The position numbers and the translations under genes are program-made. Shown here in pieces: positions 56,523 through 58,055 of a stretch of 58,055 nt of DNA. Source of the DNA: Deltaproteobacteria bacterium (lineage in GTDB: Bacteria; Desulfobacterota; Binatia; UBA1149; CAYXZP01); NCBI GenBank assembly GCA_046583395.1, contig JAYGCK010000090.1, positions 1-58,055 of the forward strand, given 5' to 3'. The notes beneath the pieces were generated by a model. That model saw nothing but the letters and a program-made list of their open reading frames with translations, searched no databases and was not told where the DNA came from. Numbering within the stretch: position 1 is the stretch's first letter; every line of letters begins with the position of its first letter.

Positions 56523-57065
56523 ATGGCGACGGCGGACACTGAATTCGTACGGATGATTGTGCAGGGGCTCGCCCTCGACCGGATCACCAAAACGCCTATC
56601 CTCGTGCTCCGGGACGAGGAGGAAACGGTCTCGCTCCCGATATGGATAGGGCTCTTGGAGGCCACCTCGATGGCAACCGAGCTTGAGGGCGTGAAGATGT
56701 CGCGCCCGATGACCCACGACCTCCTAAAGCAGCTCATAGACGAATGCGGGGCCCAGGTTAGCCGTATCGAGGTCACTGACCTGCGCAACAACACCTTCTA
56801 TGCGGTCATCCATCTCGACGTGAACGGCAACACGCACACGATTGACGCGCGGCCGAGCGACGCCATTTCGCTGGCCCTGCGGACCGAAAGCCCGATCTAT
56901 GTCGCTCGCCAGGTGCTCGACACGCACATGGCCGAGACCGAAGAGTTGGGCGCCGACGAAGAGGGGCAAAACAGCGACGAACGTGACCTGTCCGATATCG
57001 AGCCCGAGCGCTGGGGCGACATCCTAGAAGAGCTGGACCCGACCGACTTCAAGTATAAGATGTAG
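56523..57065 (+). CDS. Bifunctional nuclease family protein (DUF151)
   Basis: LPIWIG..EA, RPMTHDL, FYA, DARPSDA.ALALR..PIYV. Confidence 0.9.
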   Translation: MATADTEFVRMIVQGLALDRITKTPILVLRDEEETVSLPIWIGLLEATSMATELEGVKMSRPMTHDLLKQLIDECGAQVSRIEVTDLRNNTFYAVIHLDVNGNTHTIDARPSDAISLALRTESPIYVARQVLDTHMAETEELGADEEGQNSDERDLSDIEPERWGDILEELDPTDFKYKM

Positions 57066-57092
57066 TTCTCGCCGGCTGGGCCGGCCTCCGCT

Positions 57093-57758
57093 ATGGCCGA
57101 TACGCCGTCGTTCAACCGCAAGGACCTAAGGTCCCCCGACGCATTCTTCGAGGCCGCCGGTAGGCTCAACCGCTATCTGGGCCAAAATCGTCGTCCGGTC
57201 ATAGTGGCGGCCCTAACGGCTGCAATGCTGCTATTCGGCGGCCTGGCCACCAAGGGCTATGTCTCGGCCTCCAAGGCCCGCGACGCCGCAGCCTTCGAAC
57301 GGGCCCGTAGCTCCCTAGAAACCGAAAGTTTTGCCGCGGCCCGTATCGGACTCGACAACCTGGCCAAAGACGGGGCCGGAATCTACGGCGACCTTGGGGC
57401 CTTCTACGCAGCCGGCCTGGCCCTTTCCGAGGGACGTCTGGAAGAGGCCGTCTCGGCCTATGAGGCCTTTGAGGCCCGTGCGCCTACCGAGTACCTGCGC
57501 CAGGCCGCGATTACGTCCCGGGCCCACGCCCTGGAACAGGCCGACCGCGGCCACGAAGCCCTGGCCGCCTATGGAAGGGCCGGGGACATCGACGGACCGT
57601 ACCGCCGCCCGGCACTACTGGCCAAGGCACGCCTTGCCGAGTCCTTGGCCGAGACCGACATGGCCACCGAGGCCCTAGAACGGCTCCTTGAGCTCTATCC
57701 GGGCGGCCCGAACTCTTCTGCGCTGTCAGCACGCCTTTCCGCGCTAAGCGGGGGTTAA
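57093..57758 (+). CDS. Membrane-anchored TPR protein (YfgM-like)
   Basis: RKDL..PD.F N-terminus, one TM helix, Ala-rich TPR-like helices ending L.ELYP. Confidence 0.75.
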   Translation: MADTPSFNRKDLRSPDAFFEAAGRLNRYLGQNRRPVIVAALTAAMLLFGGLATKGYVSASKARDAAAFERARSSLETESFAAARIGLDNLAKDGAGIYGDLGAFYAAGLALSEGRLEEAVSAYEAFEARAPTEYLRQAAITSRAHALEQADRGHEALAAYGRAGDIDGPYRRPALLAKARLAESLAETDMATEALERLLELYPGGPNSSALSARLSALSGG

Positions 57759-57854
57759 GCCCTCCAACATTACAAGCAACGCGTAGAAGCGCGGCAGGCG
57801 AGGCCGGGGGGCCCGCAGCAAAAAGCCGCCTGGCGTGGGTTTTCCACGCCAGTA

Positions 57855-57882
57855 ACGTCCGATAAGATATATTATGTTAACT
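57855..57882 (+). other. dif site (XerCD chromosome dimer resolution)
   Basis: ACGTCCGATAA-GATATA-TTATGTTAACT has the 11-6-11 layout; the XerD arm matches E. coli TTATGTTAAAT at 10/11; AT-rich island in intergenic DNA. Confidence 0.9.
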
Positions 57883-57958
57883 TGAGGACGTAGCTCCTCA
57901 GCAGTAGCCGCAGGCTAGCCAGGCCTTTTGGCTTTGTTTCGCAGTCTTACCCCGCACT

Positions 57959-58055
57959 TTACTCGTCGTCGGGAAGACCGGCTTCTGGACAGCACTGCCG
58001 TAACTCCTCGAGACCATCCAAATCGCCCTTGGCCTTGAGCAGCAAGCCGAGGTTG
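57959..58055 (-). CDS. 3' end of a probable TPR-containing protein (partial)
   Basis: Manual translation NLGLLLKAKGDLDGLEELRQCCPEAGLPDDE*; NLG.LL...GD is TPR-like. Confidence 0.5.
   Translation of the reverse strand, partial: NLGLLLKAKGDLDGLEELRQCCPEAGLPDDE

Overview
A GC-rich bacterial chromosomal segment of deltaproteobacterial character. It is plausibly Candidatus Binatia/Binatota, which is inferred only from gene content (F420 genes, Cys-rich secreted proteins). The right half (25-58 kb) is mostly housekeeping genes on the + strand (tilS, ftsH, folP, glmM, pdxJ, nnr, tsaE, lysC, cimA, desulfurase, mnmA, mtaB, rnc, era, der, guaB, guaA, dnaE, hflX) and ends at a clear dif site (57855-57882), so this is probably the replication terminus. 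The left half is accessory metabolism: three tRNAs, bioB, an F420 operon (cofG-cofH-cofD-cofE), an unusual sigma-54 signalling cluster, lipB and meaB. Three items stand out. (1) A two-gene cassette between era and der encodes a SAM methyltransferase and a fused HgcAB-like corrinoid/membrane/ferredoxin protein, a homologue of the mercury-methylation machinery with non-canonical motifs. (2) A deiodinase-like selenoprotein is hidden across two ORF-track entries (in-frame TGA in FGSYT-U-PPF, followed by a SECIS-like hairpin), between an SDR and an Fe(II)/2OG dioxygenase. (3) Two secreted c-type cytochromes (5-heme and 1-heme) share a 14-Cys C-terminal domain, whose repeat unit also seems to occur on a secreted hydrolase. 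ftsH has a 1-nt frameshift, and several genes appear to have leaderless promoters. All family assignments come from motif recognition by eye; no searches were run.
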